A program made the position numbers and the translations under genes. Below, piece by piece: positions 10,354 through 20,176 of a stretch of DNA of 64,000 bases. The DNA is taken from positions 46,346-110,345 of the forward strand of contig JBGCDR010000060.1 in the NCBI GenBank assembly GCA_045105515.1. The letters run 5' to 3'. The DNA comes from Oligoflexales bacterium (GTDB taxonomy: Bacteria; Bdellovibrionota_B; Oligoflexia; Oligoflexales; Bog-1112). Position 1 is the stretch's first letter. Each line of letters begins with the position of its first letter. The notes under the pieces are model-generated. The model ran no database searches. It saw only the letters and a list, made by a program, of their open reading frames with translations, and was not told the DNA's origin.

Positions 10354-10810
10354 AAAATCATACGAAATCCTAATAGCAAATGGAGTGAATCTCGACCTAT
10401 TAGGGCAAAGAGAAGAGAAGCACTATGGTTCTCAGAGTTTAAAAGAATTAGAATCCTACCTCATCGCCAAAGCAAAAAGGCTGAACAAATTTTTTGAATC
10501 AAGCAAAATAAACTTAAGCTTTTTTCAAAGTAATGATGAGTCCAAATTTTTAAGTGAACTGGACAAGCCTTGGGATGGTGCTGTCATCAACCCTGGCGCC
10601 TGGACTCACACATCACTTGCATTGGCTGACCGCTTGCTTGCCTTAAAACTAGTATTTGTGGAAGTACATTTATCCCAACTTGCTTGCAGAGAGGAATTTA
10701 GGCAAAGATCTTTTTGCGCAGCCCATGCATTGGGGACAATTGCTGGGTTAGGCTTTGATTCTTACCTTACTGGTATAATAGCAATCACCCAATATTTAGA
10801 AAAATCTTAG
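10337..10810 (+). CDS. aroQ: Type II 3-dehydroquinate dehydratase
   Basis: NGVNLDLLGQRE..YG, FQSNDE, INPGAWTHTS, VEVHLS, REEFR. Confidence 0.95.
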   Translation: MNQAPKKSYEILIANGVNLDLLGQREEKHYGSQSLKELESYLIAKAKRLNKFFESSKINLSFFQSNDESKFLSELDKPWDGAVINPGAWTHTSLALADRLLALKLVFVEVHLSQLACREEFRQRSFCAAHALGTIAGLGFDSYLTGIIAITQYLEKS

Positions 10811-11130
10811 GTCTGATGCAACAACTTGACCAGATCAATAGCATTGGTTTTTGCCATAAAACCGTATCTATGAGTTCCCTGTTCATCATTTTGAGCAAGA
10901 CCCCAAATCAAGATTAATGGCACTTCGCAAGAATTCATTTTAAACACAAAATTGACATCTGGCAGTATACGCTCGACGGTAGTGATTCCTAAACCACCCA
11001 TCGAGTAGTCTTTTATTTGGAAAGTAATTTCTCTACCATCAGAAACTGCCACCAACTTACCATCACAAACACCTTTAAAAGCTAAGCGTTTATGCTGTCT
11101 CAGATCTTTTACAGATAATGCACTGGCCAT
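10807..11130 (-). CDS. Single-domain PilZ protein (putative c-di-GMP receptor)
   Basis: RxxxR (RQHKR) and DxSxxG (DYSMGG) motifs; C-terminal RYGF. Confidence 0.8.
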   Translation of the reverse strand: MASALSVKDLRQHKRLAFKGVCDGKLVAVSDGREITFQIKDYSMGGLGITTVERILPDVNFVFKMNSCEVPLILIWGLAQNDEQGTHRYGFMAKTNAIDLVKLLHQT

Positions 11131-11166
11131 ATCAATATCCTACAGCTTTTTTACTTCCACTAACTA

Positions 11167-11193
11167 CTGTCGGGTTTAAAAAGCGATAGTTTA
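11167..11193 (-). promoter_or_regulatory. Sigma28/FliA-like promoter upstream of the PilZ gene
   Basis: Minus strand reads TAAA-N15-CCCGACAG versus consensus TAAA-N15-GCCGATAA, 36 nt before the ATG. Confidence 0.5.
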
Positions 11194-11242
11194 GCATACA
11201 CGACAAACATTTAATTATTTGGTATAAATAGAGGGGATGGAC

Positions 11243-11944
11243 CTAGATCCATGCTAGTGTCCAGTTGCTTGGAGCTGGAGAGCCGGACCTTCGGAACGAA
11301 TTCCAAAGCTGCGGCTCCGAGTAAGTACAAGACCGGAGAATGGTAATATTCTCCGGGCTTATACCGAAATTAATGAGTTCAAAGGCTCCAATAATAGCAA
11401 GATCCATATGCCAGCGGTCATGCTTACCCCGGTGCACTGCACAAGTGAGTTGACTCTGTGTTAATCCAAAACTTTCCTCGGCAAAAGAGCTCAAAACTTC
11501 AGGACCAACCTCGAAAGCCCCAAATCCAATACATGGACCAAAGAACGCAAAAAGATCTTCCTTATCAGCATAAGTCATAGCTAGGCTAAGACCTCTTTTG
11601 ACAATACCAGCAGCCAAACCCTTCCATCCAGCATGAATCACACTAACAAAGCTTTTAGATCGACTAGCAATGATGACAGGAAGACAGTCTGCAGTTTTTA
11701 TCGCTAAAACTTGGCCTTTGGTCATACTGAAGAGGCCATCTCCTTTCTGAAGATGCTCAGGCAGATCCGTGCAGCCTTCCTGTGCCCGTACAAATTCAGT
11801 TCCATGCACTTGTTTCAGCTTATGACAACGAACTTCATCTGCCTTCACCACTCCATGAATACAATATTGCAATCCAGCCCTGGAGAATGGATTTGTCTCG
11901 CTTGGAGAAGCGATGAAGCTCATTTTATTGATAGTTTCAAGCAT
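11243..11944 (-). CDS. pgeF: YfiH/PgeF family protein (peptidoglycan editing factor / nucleoside phosphorylase)
   Basis: QVHG, TADCLPV, HAGWKG, GPCIG, FEVGPEV, SFRR. Confidence 0.9.
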   Translation of the reverse strand: MLETINKMSFIASPSETNPFSRAGLQYCIHGVVKADEVRCHKLKQVHGTEFVRAQEGCTDLPEHLQKGDGLFSMTKGQVLAIKTADCLPVIIASRSKSFVSVIHAGWKGLAAGIVKRGLSLAMTYADKEDLFAFFGPCIGFGAFEVGPEVLSSFAEESFGLTQSQLTCAVHRGKHDRWHMDLAIIGAFELINFGISPENITILRSCTYSEPQLWNSFRRSGSPAPSNWTLAWI

Positions 11945-11958
11945 ATACTTCTCTAAGC

Positions 11959-13413
11959 CTAGATATCTACACTAACAAAAGCAAATCCTGAGCCACCCTG
12001 CATATTGCGTTTTATACGCATCAATACAGACTTCTGTTTATTTTTTCGAGCTTGCGCGATTGCGGCCTTGAAACCTTTTACAGCATTACCAAGATTCTTA
12101 GTACCTTCTACTTCAAAACTATCAACACTCAAAATAATATCTCCTTCCTGCAATTGTCGGATTGCAGGCGAACTATTCTCTATTGAGATGATGTAAAGGC
12201 CCCCTTCTTTCAACTGAAATTCAAGGCCCAATGATTCCTTTGTAGCTTTTTGCTTGTCATTAGACGCACTTTGCTCACTTCCCGGATAAGTTCCAATAAC
12301 CAAAGTTCTCTTTAACTCTTTACCATTTCTGAAGACTGTCAACTTCGCTTTAGCACCAGGTTTCATAAGCCCGACACGATTGACCAAATCTCTATCTTTT
12401 TCCAGTTTTTTATTATCAACCTCTGTGATAACGTCTTTAGGTTTAATCCCAGCTTTATCGGCTGGTCCGTTCGGTTCAACCTGCACAACAACGACCCCAT
12501 TGTTGTCTTCAGGAATCTTAAGCAACTTTTTAATATCATTGGACAGTGGTTGAAAGTGCACACCAATATAACCTCGAGATAGTTTAACTCCATTTATAAG
12601 GTTAGTAGCAACTTCTCTCACTAAGTTAGAAGGCACAGCAAAACCTATGCCGTTATAACCTCCTGATTTGGAGAAAATAGCAGTATTTATTCCAATAACC
12701 TTTCCTTCCATATCGACTAGCGGACCTCCACTATTGCCAGGGTTAATAGCAGCATCAGTCTGGATAAAGTCCCCTAACTGAGTTATCTGTAAGCTACCCC
12801 GACCAAGAGCTGATACAGCTCCAAACGAAACACTTGCCTCAAGTCCAAATGGAGCTCCTAAAGCAACAACAAAAGAACCTACTTTTAGACCATCAGAATT
12901 TCCGAGCACTAAGGATGACAGGCCATCACGCTTATATTTTTCGTCTATGATTCTAAGTACTGCAACATCAGTATTTGGGTCTACTCCTACTACTTTAGCT
13001 TTATAAGTCTCTCGGTTAGCAAGCTTTAAATTGATTTCATCGGCATTATCTATCACATGATTATTTGTCATAACAAGGCCTTCATCTAGGTCGATAACAA
13101 ATCCTGAACCAAGCCCTTCTTGCTTGGGTACTGGAATTTGCCTTCTCCCAAAACCAAAAAGATCATAAGGGTCTATCCCCCCGGGCAGGCCTTTCACTGT
13201 TTTGGAAACAGAAACAAAGACTAAAGCCTTTTTCGAAGCTTCAGCAATAGCACCAATTCCTTTTGAGAGTTCCTGCAGCAGCTTAGTATCTTGGCCTAAA
13301 TCCACTTTAGTATCTGCTGGAGGTAAATCATAAGCTAAAAGGGGCTTAAGTATGAAAAAATTCGCAGTGAATGCTAATAGCCCAAACCTTAAAAAATTCT
13401 TAGCAAAAATCAT
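11959..13413 (-). CDS. Do/HtrA family periplasmic serine protease with two PDZ domains
   Basis: Signal peptide, TNNHV, TDVAV, IQTDAAINPGNSGGPL, PDZ repeats. Confidence 0.95.
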   Translation of the reverse strand: MIFAKNFLRFGLLAFTANFFILKPLLAYDLPPADTKVDLGQDTKLLQELSKGIGAIAEASKKALVFVSVSKTVKGLPGGIDPYDLFGFGRRQIPVPKQEGLGSGFVIDLDEGLVMTNNHVIDNADEINLKLANRETYKAKVVGVDPNTDVAVLRIIDEKYKRDGLSSLVLGNSDGLKVGSFVVALGAPFGLEASVSFGAVSALGRGSLQITQLGDFIQTDAAINPGNSGGPLVDMEGKVIGINTAIFSKSGGYNGIGFAVPSNLVREVATNLINGVKLSRGYIGVHFQPLSNDIKKLLKIPEDNNGVVVVQVEPNGPADKAGIKPKDVITEVDNKKLEKDRDLVNRVGLMKPGAKAKLTVFRNGKELKRTLVIGTYPGSEQSASNDKQKATKESLGLEFQLKEGGLYIISIENSSPAIRQLQEGDIILSVDSFEVEGTKNLGNAVKGFKAAIAQARKNKQKSVLMRIKRNMQGGSGFAFVSVDI

Positions 13414-13544
13414 AAATTAAGATCCTTCAGTAATGTTATGACAATCCCACGCTCCTTAACCAAGCTACAATACAAGCAGGCAGGTGAGGGGAGACTAAGA
13501 TAATCTAGGAAAATAATAAAATTTTTATAAGAACACAAGGTAGT

Positions 13545-14660
13545 TTAAACAAGAGGTTCACTAACTTTTATACAGCTTGCAAGCATCTTTTGCCTTAGAA
13601 AATGATCCATGATTACCAGCAAGGTCATAGCCTCTACCATAGGTACAGCTCGTGGGAGCACACATGGATCATGCCTTCCAGCCTTCGGCTTAAAAGTCTG
13701 AGGCTTCATATCGCGATCAACCGTCATCTGTTCTTTGAAAATGGTTGCCACGGGCTTAAACGCTACGCGCATTGAGATGAGCTCACCATTGGAGATTCCC
13801 CCTTGTATACCACCTGAAAAGTTTGTTTTTGTTCTGATCTCATTATTTTGAACTTCAAAATGATCATTATGTTCGGAGCCAAAAAGCTGGGTGGCAGCAA
13901 ACCCCTCGCCCACCTCAAATCCCTTGGTGGCTGGTAAGCTCATCATTGCTTTTGCTAAATCTGCCTCCAATTTATCAAAAACCGGTTCACCTAGGCCTTT
14001 GGGAGGATTGAGGCAAAGACCCCGAATACATCCTCCGACACTATCTCCCCTTTTTTTAGCTCCAAGGATTAATTTGCTCATTTCCTCCCTAGCCTTTTTA
14101 TCTGGGCATCTAAGCATATGCTCGTCGATTTTATCTCTGGTAAGGGAATGTGGGTCAATCGGGCCAACTTTGAGATTCTTTACTGACTCTACATAAGCAA
14201 GAACTTTTAAAGGAGGGTGCAATTCCTCAAGAATTTGCTCTGCTAAGGCTGCAGCTGCAACCCTAGCAATGGTTTCCCTAGCACTTGCTCGGCCCCCTCC
14301 ACTAAGCGCCCTCACACCATACTTTAACTCAGTTGTATAGTCTGCATGAGATGGTCTAAATATCTTTGCCATATCACTATAATGCTCTTTATTTGCGTCC
14401 TGATTATACACAACTAAGGCAATTGGAGTTCCCAAAGTCTTGCCGCCTTCGAGACCCGATAAGCAGACCACTTGGTCTTTTTCCTTGCGAGGGGTGCTCA
14501 AAACGCTTTGCCCAGGCTTTCTCCGATCAAGAAATTCTTGGATTTTTGCCAATGATATGGAGTAACCGGGAGGGCAGCCATCAATAACTACTCCAACACC
14601 ACCACCATGAGATTCACCAAAGCTCGTTACTTTAAAAGAATGGCCAAAACTACTCGCCAT
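13545..14660 (-). CDS. aroC: Chorismate synthase
   Basis: FGESHG, RPSHAD, GGGRASARET, GGIQGGISNG, GRHDPCV. Start placed at ATG of MASSFG. Confidence 0.97.
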   Translation of the reverse strand: MASSFGHSFKVTSFGESHGGGVGVVIDGCPPGYSISLAKIQEFLDRRKPGQSVLSTPRKEKDQVVCLSGLEGGKTLGTPIALVVYNQDANKEHYSDMAKIFRPSHADYTTELKYGVRALSGGGRASARETIARVAAAALAEQILEELHPPLKVLAYVESVKNLKVGPIDPHSLTRDKIDEHMLRCPDKKAREEMSKLILGAKKRGDSVGGCIRGLCLNPPKGLGEPVFDKLEADLAKAMMSLPATKGFEVGEGFAATQLFGSEHNDHFEVQNNEIRTKTNFSGGIQGGISNGELISMRVAFKPVATIFKEQMTVDRDMKPQTFKPKAGRHDPCVLPRAVPMVEAMTLLVIMDHFLRQKMLASCIKVSEPLV

Positions 14661-14709
14661 AAGTTCTTCCAATCTACAATTGCTAATTAATTAACCGGGG
14701 AAGTCTTGC

Positions 14710-17700
14710 TTAAAAGAATGCATCAAAGCCAAAGGTAGCATAAAGTTCAAAATCTTCTTCAAGTACCTGCCCAGATCCCAAACTAGCATTAAAGCCTACT
14801 CCTTTGTTTTCAAAGAGCAAGTCGATTTTATAGCCATGGGCAGCAATGAAATTATCACTAAGGTCTTCATCTCTTTGATACCAGGCTCCACCATAATTAT
14901 AGAAAGCAGTGAAGTTTAAACTCTGGAGATAAAACAACCATAGCATCGTGTCCATCCTAGAGAGAATCGGAAAGGTGTAAGAGGTCTTTAGCCTTGCTTG
15001 AGTATCCCCATATTTAATTGCAAACAAGCTTCCACTCCCCAAAATGGGAAAATTATTTTTGTTATATCCACCGCCACTTCCAGGAACAAAAGTTTTCAGA
15101 GCTTGGTATGTTTCTCGAAGCTGAGGAAGTTTTTTTCCTCGAATGCGACTTCCCTCAATCCCTAGAGAGAATCTTGATCGTAAAAACGGTAAACCGACAC
15201 TACCATTCAGAGAACTTGTAATAGTATTATAATCATAATGCGGGTTTACTTGCTCTGGAGCAAACTTCGTTTTCAGGTAGTAACTTAAAGAAAATCGACC
15301 AAATCTTCGACTCAAAGTAAGTTGGGCATAAGGCTCGTTAATACGGCCCTCGGGCAAATTACAGACCCCTAAATAATGATGGAGAACTCCAGCTCGCACA
15401 CCAAAACTAAGATTAACATTGTAGTTCCAACCAAACCAAGGGAAGCTAATTTCAGGCCTTACACCCTTTTCATCATAGTAGGATGTGGAAGCAGCAAGCT
15501 CGTCACCGACCCTATATATACACCGTCCATTCCAGGTCTGCTTGCGATAGAGCCCGAGAGTAATAGTGGGCCAAAAGCGCGTAGAAATCATAGACACTTC
15601 TGTGTTTGGATAGCGGCTGTCAACCCCCACCAGTACTGTGGCTCTTATAGATTCATTTTGCATATGTTCCATTAACGGTACAGACACTATACCGATTTGG
15701 GTTCCCAAAACGTCTTCAGCCCCTATCCAGGGAAAGGCAAAAAGGGGCCTAGCTCGCCATCCAGCTGACTTGGTTTTTGCTGGTGTCACTGAGTTTGGAC
15801 CTCGGGAAGAATTAACACGATCTAAACCAGAAGCCAAAGCAAGCTGGTTAGCATTCTTTTTAACTTCTAACTTGTCGAACTTTTCATTCCAGGTAGAAGC
15901 CTTAAGCAAGGCTCTGCCAAACCTAACTTTTCTATCCTGACGCATGGCCCAAAGGAGTGGCGATGAAGGTGGCATACTATAACTACAGGACTTGGTTTTT
16001 AGAAGCTTTGCATCGATTTTTCTGAGAACGTTGAAAGATCCGCGATACAGCCCAAAAATAACGCTACCATCTTTAAGCCCTTTTACTTGTAATGGATAAT
16101 CTTCAAGGTGAAAGGTTCCTTGGCAATCTCCTTGGATGTCAATTTTTTTTAAGGAACGTCTGTTGTGCTCAGATACTAGCAACCAAAGCTGCCTCCCAGC
16201 TTGTGCTAGCTGTAGCGGATATCCTCCACCACTATAGTACACAGTCCTGGACTTTTCCTTCGTGGTATCCCAAGCAATGATTCGATAACGATCTCCCACA
16301 AGGGTTTCTTCCCTAAGTGCCAGCCAAATCTCGGTGCTAAGCGAAAGGTCTTGGTTACTTGGAGGAAAGACACCGATTGCCGGGTAGGGCGACTTAATGT
16401 CACCAAGAATGCGAAGACTTGCTGGCAAACTAGTTTTAATAGGACAAATTACCTCACTCCGCCCCACAGGCAAGCGCCCTTTCAGCTTGGATTTGTTAAT
16501 ATAGCATAATCGATTGAGCCCGCCTTTTTTCTCAAGCCAAACAATTTTATCCGGTGCTTCAAACAAACCGAAAACACTGTTTTTTAAGTTTACAAGAGTT
16601 TTTTTGATCTTGGCATTTTCACCTTTGTACCTTGAATCAATCAAGACCAAGCGATTTTTAAAGAAGCCAGTTTTTCCCTCGACAGTACTAGCAACTGCCA
16701 CCTGAAATCCTGCACGAGCGATCTGCAAATTTGAACTAGACGGATCTGGAATTTTATACGGAGTAGGTTCTACATTTTCGAGCCAGCCAGTTGCTGAATC
16801 AAAATTCAAATTCATCCTAGTTTTCTGGCCATCATGCCTGAAGATCAAATGAGCTTGATCCATATTTGCAGAAAACCCTGATAGGCTAGAAAGCAGTAGC
16901 GGTTGTCCAGGTAGCTCCAGCAAACTCGGGCCTTTTCGATGCTCTTTCCAGTAGCTGGCAGCTTCCTTTTTATACTGCTCGTAAAGCTCCTCACCCGATT
17001 TGCCTAAAAAATCTCGAAGAACCTCATCCATCGGCATAAAGCGACTAAAAGGGTTAAACGACCAAGGGTAGTATTTAGGTGTGGTATAACTCGAAAGTTT
17101 GCCAAGGAATTTCCGAAGAAAGCCCGGCTTGTTATTTGCTTTAATACGACGAAATAGCCAGGAGACAAAGGCACCCGCTGTGGCATAACCTCTTTCGGAA
17201 GAGCTTGATCTATATAAGTGGTGGAGGCTGTCAAAACTAGGCCAATCATTACGGGAAGCTTGGTAACGTTCTATGGAAGCTTGCACATCTGAGCCAGTAG
17301 AGACTGTAAGGGCTTCAGCAAACCCTTCAATGAACCAGGCTGGAACCCACGGTAAGTAAATGATACCTTCGGCTGGTCCAAGGAAATGATGAAAGTGCTC
17401 ATACATGATAGTGTGAGCAAATTCGTGCCAAAATAAGTCACGCCCACCTTCAGCAAGAGTCTGCAACTCAATAGTATCAAAAATAAGGTTTGCAAACGAA
17501 GCATTAGAGGTCACTGCCGAAGAAACTATCGGCAGCTTGCGCCTAAGTCGTTTTCCTGCCCAGCGTTCAATTATGGGCTTAGCCGCTTCCAGTGCGTTGA
17601 CAGTCATTGCCCCTTCTGCTGCGGCTTCCTTATCATGGTAAACATCAAAATTTCTTGATCGTGTTTCAAGGTATTCACGATCACCTTGGTTGATCCCAAA

Positions 17701-17778
17701 ACCGATTGGAAGAGCAATCAGTCTGCTGGAGATAATTAGCAGGGCAAAGAATATAGGAGCATGGGGGTTAAACTTCAT
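14710..17778 (-). CDS. Exported protein: zinc metallopeptidase (MA clan) + propeller-like region + C-terminal Omp85-like beta-barrel
   Basis: Signal peptide; HEFAH with downstream WFIEGFAE; amphipathic beta-strand-rich C-terminal third ending in aromatic residues (FGFDAFF). Confidence 0.65.
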   Translation of the reverse strand: MKFNPHAPIFFALLIISSRLIALPIGFGINQGDREYLETRSRNFDVYHDKEAAAEGAMTVNALEAAKPIIERWAGKRLRRKLPIVSSAVTSNASFANLIFDTIELQTLAEGGRDLFWHEFAHTIMYEHFHHFLGPAEGIIYLPWVPAWFIEGFAEALTVSTGSDVQASIERYQASRNDWPSFDSLHHLYRSSSSERGYATAGAFVSWLFRRIKANNKPGFLRKFLGKLSSYTTPKYYPWSFNPFSRFMPMDEVLRDFLGKSGEELYEQYKKEAASYWKEHRKGPSLLELPGQPLLLSSLSGFSANMDQAHLIFRHDGQKTRMNLNFDSATGWLENVEPTPYKIPDPSSSNLQIARAGFQVAVASTVEGKTGFFKNRLVLIDSRYKGENAKIKKTLVNLKNSVFGLFEAPDKIVWLEKKGGLNRLCYINKSKLKGRLPVGRSEVICPIKTSLPASLRILGDIKSPYPAIGVFPPSNQDLSLSTEIWLALREETLVGDRYRIIAWDTTKEKSRTVYYSGGGYPLQLAQAGRQLWLLVSEHNRRSLKKIDIQGDCQGTFHLEDYPLQVKGLKDGSVIFGLYRGSFNVLRKIDAKLLKTKSCSYSMPPSSPLLWAMRQDRKVRFGRALLKASTWNEKFDKLEVKKNANQLALASGLDRVNSSRGPNSVTPAKTKSAGWRARPLFAFPWIGAEDVLGTQIGIVSVPLMEHMQNESIRATVLVGVDSRYPNTEVSMISTRFWPTITLGLYRKQTWNGRCIYRVGDELAASTSYYDEKGVRPEISFPWFGWNYNVNLSFGVRAGVLHHYLGVCNLPEGRINEPYAQLTLSRRFGRFSLSYYLKTKFAPEQVNPHYDYNTITSSLNGSVGLPFLRSRFSLGIEGSRIRGKKLPQLRETYQALKTFVPGSGGGYNKNNFPILGSGSLFAIKYGDTQARLKTSYTFPILSRMDTMLWLFYLQSLNFTAFYNYGGAWYQRDEDLSDNFIAAHGYKIDLLFENKGVGFNASLGSGQVLEEDFELYATFGFDAFF

Positions 17779-17788
17779 ATTTTTTCAC

Positions 17789-18046
17789 CTAACATGCCCT
17801 AAATATTTCTCTGATATCCACACCATTGCAAATTCTGCTGTGGCCATTCGCATATTTTGGATCAGACATCAAGTTTTTTAATTGAACTTCCAAGGCTCGC
17901 AACTGTTCTTGTTTTTCTTCCAGCTTAGTTGGTCCCGAGGAATTATTGGTGAGCTCTTTTAAGGCTACAATTCGATATCCAAGAGAACCGACCTGCCGAT
18001 GAAAAAAAAAATTCTTTGCACTCTGCTTTTTTTTGGGAAAGAGCAT
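17789..18046 (-). CDS. Small hypothetical protein with a coiled-coil segment
   Basis: 85 aa, ATG start, stops 10 nt before the next gene on the same strand; helical LEEKQEQLRALEVQLKNL. Confidence 0.5.
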   Translation of the reverse strand: MLFPKKKQSAKNFFFHRQVGSLGYRIVALKELTNNSSGPTKLEEKQEQLRALEVQLKNLMSDPKYANGHSRICNGVDIREIFRAC

Positions 18047-18533
18047 GGAGGACCTTGAAATTTAATGTTCAAATTCACTTATTTTGAGTTCTTTATCAAT
18101 TCACTATCAAAATAAGTTGCCGTAATACTGGCGTAAATAACGAAAAGATGCCATGGGAATATTCTGATAGCTTTTTAACCTGTTTGCAAGTCTTCAAAAA
18201 TTAAAGTAAGTCCTTATTCATAGACAATGTGCCTCAGAATGTTCCAAAAGTGCCTTCGAATGGATATTAAAGCATAGTGACCAAAAAACTAGAGCCTGTG
18301 CTGGCGAAAACCATCAAACCTAAGAAATCATTAAGAAAGCCAAGTTAACTCAATAATAATTGATTGGTAACAAATCAAGTACAAAGAAATAATTTAAAAA
18401 AACAGACTCACACAACCAAGAATAAGAAGCTCATTCGTGCTATAATTAGCTAATAAGGTTAATGATCGGGCCAAGCTCCTTGAACTTTTCAGTGGTCCTG
18501 TGTTGAAAATAAAAATTATTAGAGGATTGTGTC

Positions 18534-19190
18534 TTGCAAGATGAATTTGACTCAAAAAACGAAGATGTTGGGAAAGATAAGGAGTTAGAAGAGTCAAAAA
18601 TTAATGAGCTAGAAACAAAAGTTGTACAATCGAATTTTTTCCGAAAAATTATTTTTTTTATCATAGTATTGGTCTGCGTTTTTGGACTCTACAAATTCTT
18701 TTCCCCCCATAAAGAAGAAAAATTAAACGATCCACTTAATGTTCTTTCATATGAAACACTGGCTATGGAAGAAGATCAATCAGGTGAAAGACTATACTTA
18801 CCAAGTAAAGAGAAGATAGAAATAGATCAATATTTTGGCAATACTCCCAACTTAAAATTTAAACCACGCTCTTTGCTCAACACAGGGCTCAAGTGGCTAC
18901 CTGAAGGTGCATCAATAATTGATTACGAAGTTGCAAAAATAGCCGTTGTTCAGTACAGCAGAAAAGCCCAGACTGCAAAAATCTTCTTTTTCACCCTCTT
19001 TGGAAATATCGATAATCTTGCAAATGCAGAAGAAGGAAATGAAGAAGGCTTAGTCTATCAACCATACGCCACAGACCAACTGAACATGGTTGTTTGGCAA
19101 GATTCTCAAGATACACTGGCTGTTCTGGTAGGTCGACTTAGTATCAAAGAGCTAGCCAAAATGGCTCGACTAGGCACTGAAAATAAATAA
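18534..19190 (+). CDS. Single-pass membrane protein, C-terminal domain reminiscent of extracytoplasmic anti-sigma domains
   Basis: Acidic N-terminus, one TM helix, C-terminal pattern EGASII...VAKIAVVQY...VVWQD...LVG...ELAKMA. Confidence 0.5.
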   Translation: MQDEFDSKNEDVGKDKELEESKINELETKVVQSNFFRKIIFFIIVLVCVFGLYKFFSPHKEEKLNDPLNVLSYETLAMEEDQSGERLYLPSKEKIEIDQYFGNTPNLKFKPRSLLNTGLKWLPEGASIIDYEVAKIAVVQYSRKAQTAKIFFFTLFGNIDNLANAEEGNEEGLVYQPYATDQLNMVVWQDSQDTLAVLVGRLSIKELAKMARLGTENK

Positions 19191-19202
19191 TCCTCAAATT
19201 GT

Positions 19203-20042
19203 CTAAAATTTTCTTAGCATCATTGCATCATCCAGCCCAATAAGCTCCTCAAATCTCATGGGATTCCATACATTTTCGCCTTGCAAAGGTTCGCTGCTAA
19301 ATATGAGATGATGAACCTTTCCACTAAGGGTAGCTCGCTCACAGACGCTTGCAAACATAGGACATTGGTCTCGATCAGGACATCGTTTTTTATGGGTGCT
19401 ATAGAATAAGGTCTTCCCACCTTGATGAGCCAGCATCATACTTCCATTGGTTATTATAAAAGTGAGAAAATGTTCACTAGGATCACCATCGTCATTTGCA
19501 TGTAAGGGTCCTGCAACAGACACCAACAATTTTTTGGCATCCATAACAGCCTTAGCTAAATGGTCGAGCTTTATCATATTTGAGTCTAGGTCATGTTTCT
19601 TAGCTAGAAAACTAAGTATCAAGAAAAAAATGAGTTCACTATCTGTCTCCCCAAGGATATAGCGCCTCAAATTCAGATCTATCTTTTGATAAATATCTTT
19701 GCGGACTGCTTTGAAATTTTTACAGTTTCCATTATGAGCAAAAGTCCAATGACCCAACTGAAAAGGGTGAGTATTGACCAAATCAATCTCTCCCACAGTT
19801 GCTTTACGTAGGTGGGCTAGTACCGTATAAGAGGAAACCATGGCTGAAACTTTTTTAAAAACCTGGCAATTTATAGCAGCTGTTAAGGATTTAATAATAT
19901 GAGGAACTTCAAGTGCATAATACGCAACTCCCCATCCATCTGGGTGTTTGGAACTTTGCTGAACCAGGGCATTATTTGCGCTAATTAGGCTTTTATGAAC
20001 TTGGCTAAGAGTGATCGATCTAAAACCAAAAAGCCTACACAC
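19203..20042 (-). CDS. Class II glutamine amidotransferase (YafJ/EgtC-like)
   Basis: N-terminal CRLFG nucleophile, HPDGWG, AHLRKAT, NTHPF, FAHNG, GETDSE. Confidence 0.9.
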   Translation of the reverse strand: MCRLFGFRSITLSQVHKSLISANNALVQQSSKHPDGWGVAYYALEVPHIIKSLTAAINCQVFKKVSAMVSSYTVLAHLRKATVGEIDLVNTHPFQLGHWTFAHNGNCKNFKAVRKDIYQKIDLNLRRYILGETDSELIFFLILSFLAKKHDLDSNMIKLDHLAKAVMDAKKLLVSVAGPLHANDDGDPSEHFLTFIITNGSMMLAHQGGKTLFYSTHKKRCPDRDQCPMFASVCERATLSGKVHHLIFSSEPLQGENVWNPMRFEELIGLDDAMMLRKF

Positions 20043-20176
20043 AAAAACTATCCAATCTATATTGCAACAGGTTTATAAGAAAGCATCGACAGATTTTTAT
20101 TTAAATAATAAGTTATGAACTTTGTATCTTATTTTACTACGCTTTACAAAGAAAAAGAAAGAGCTAGGAGTTAAGG

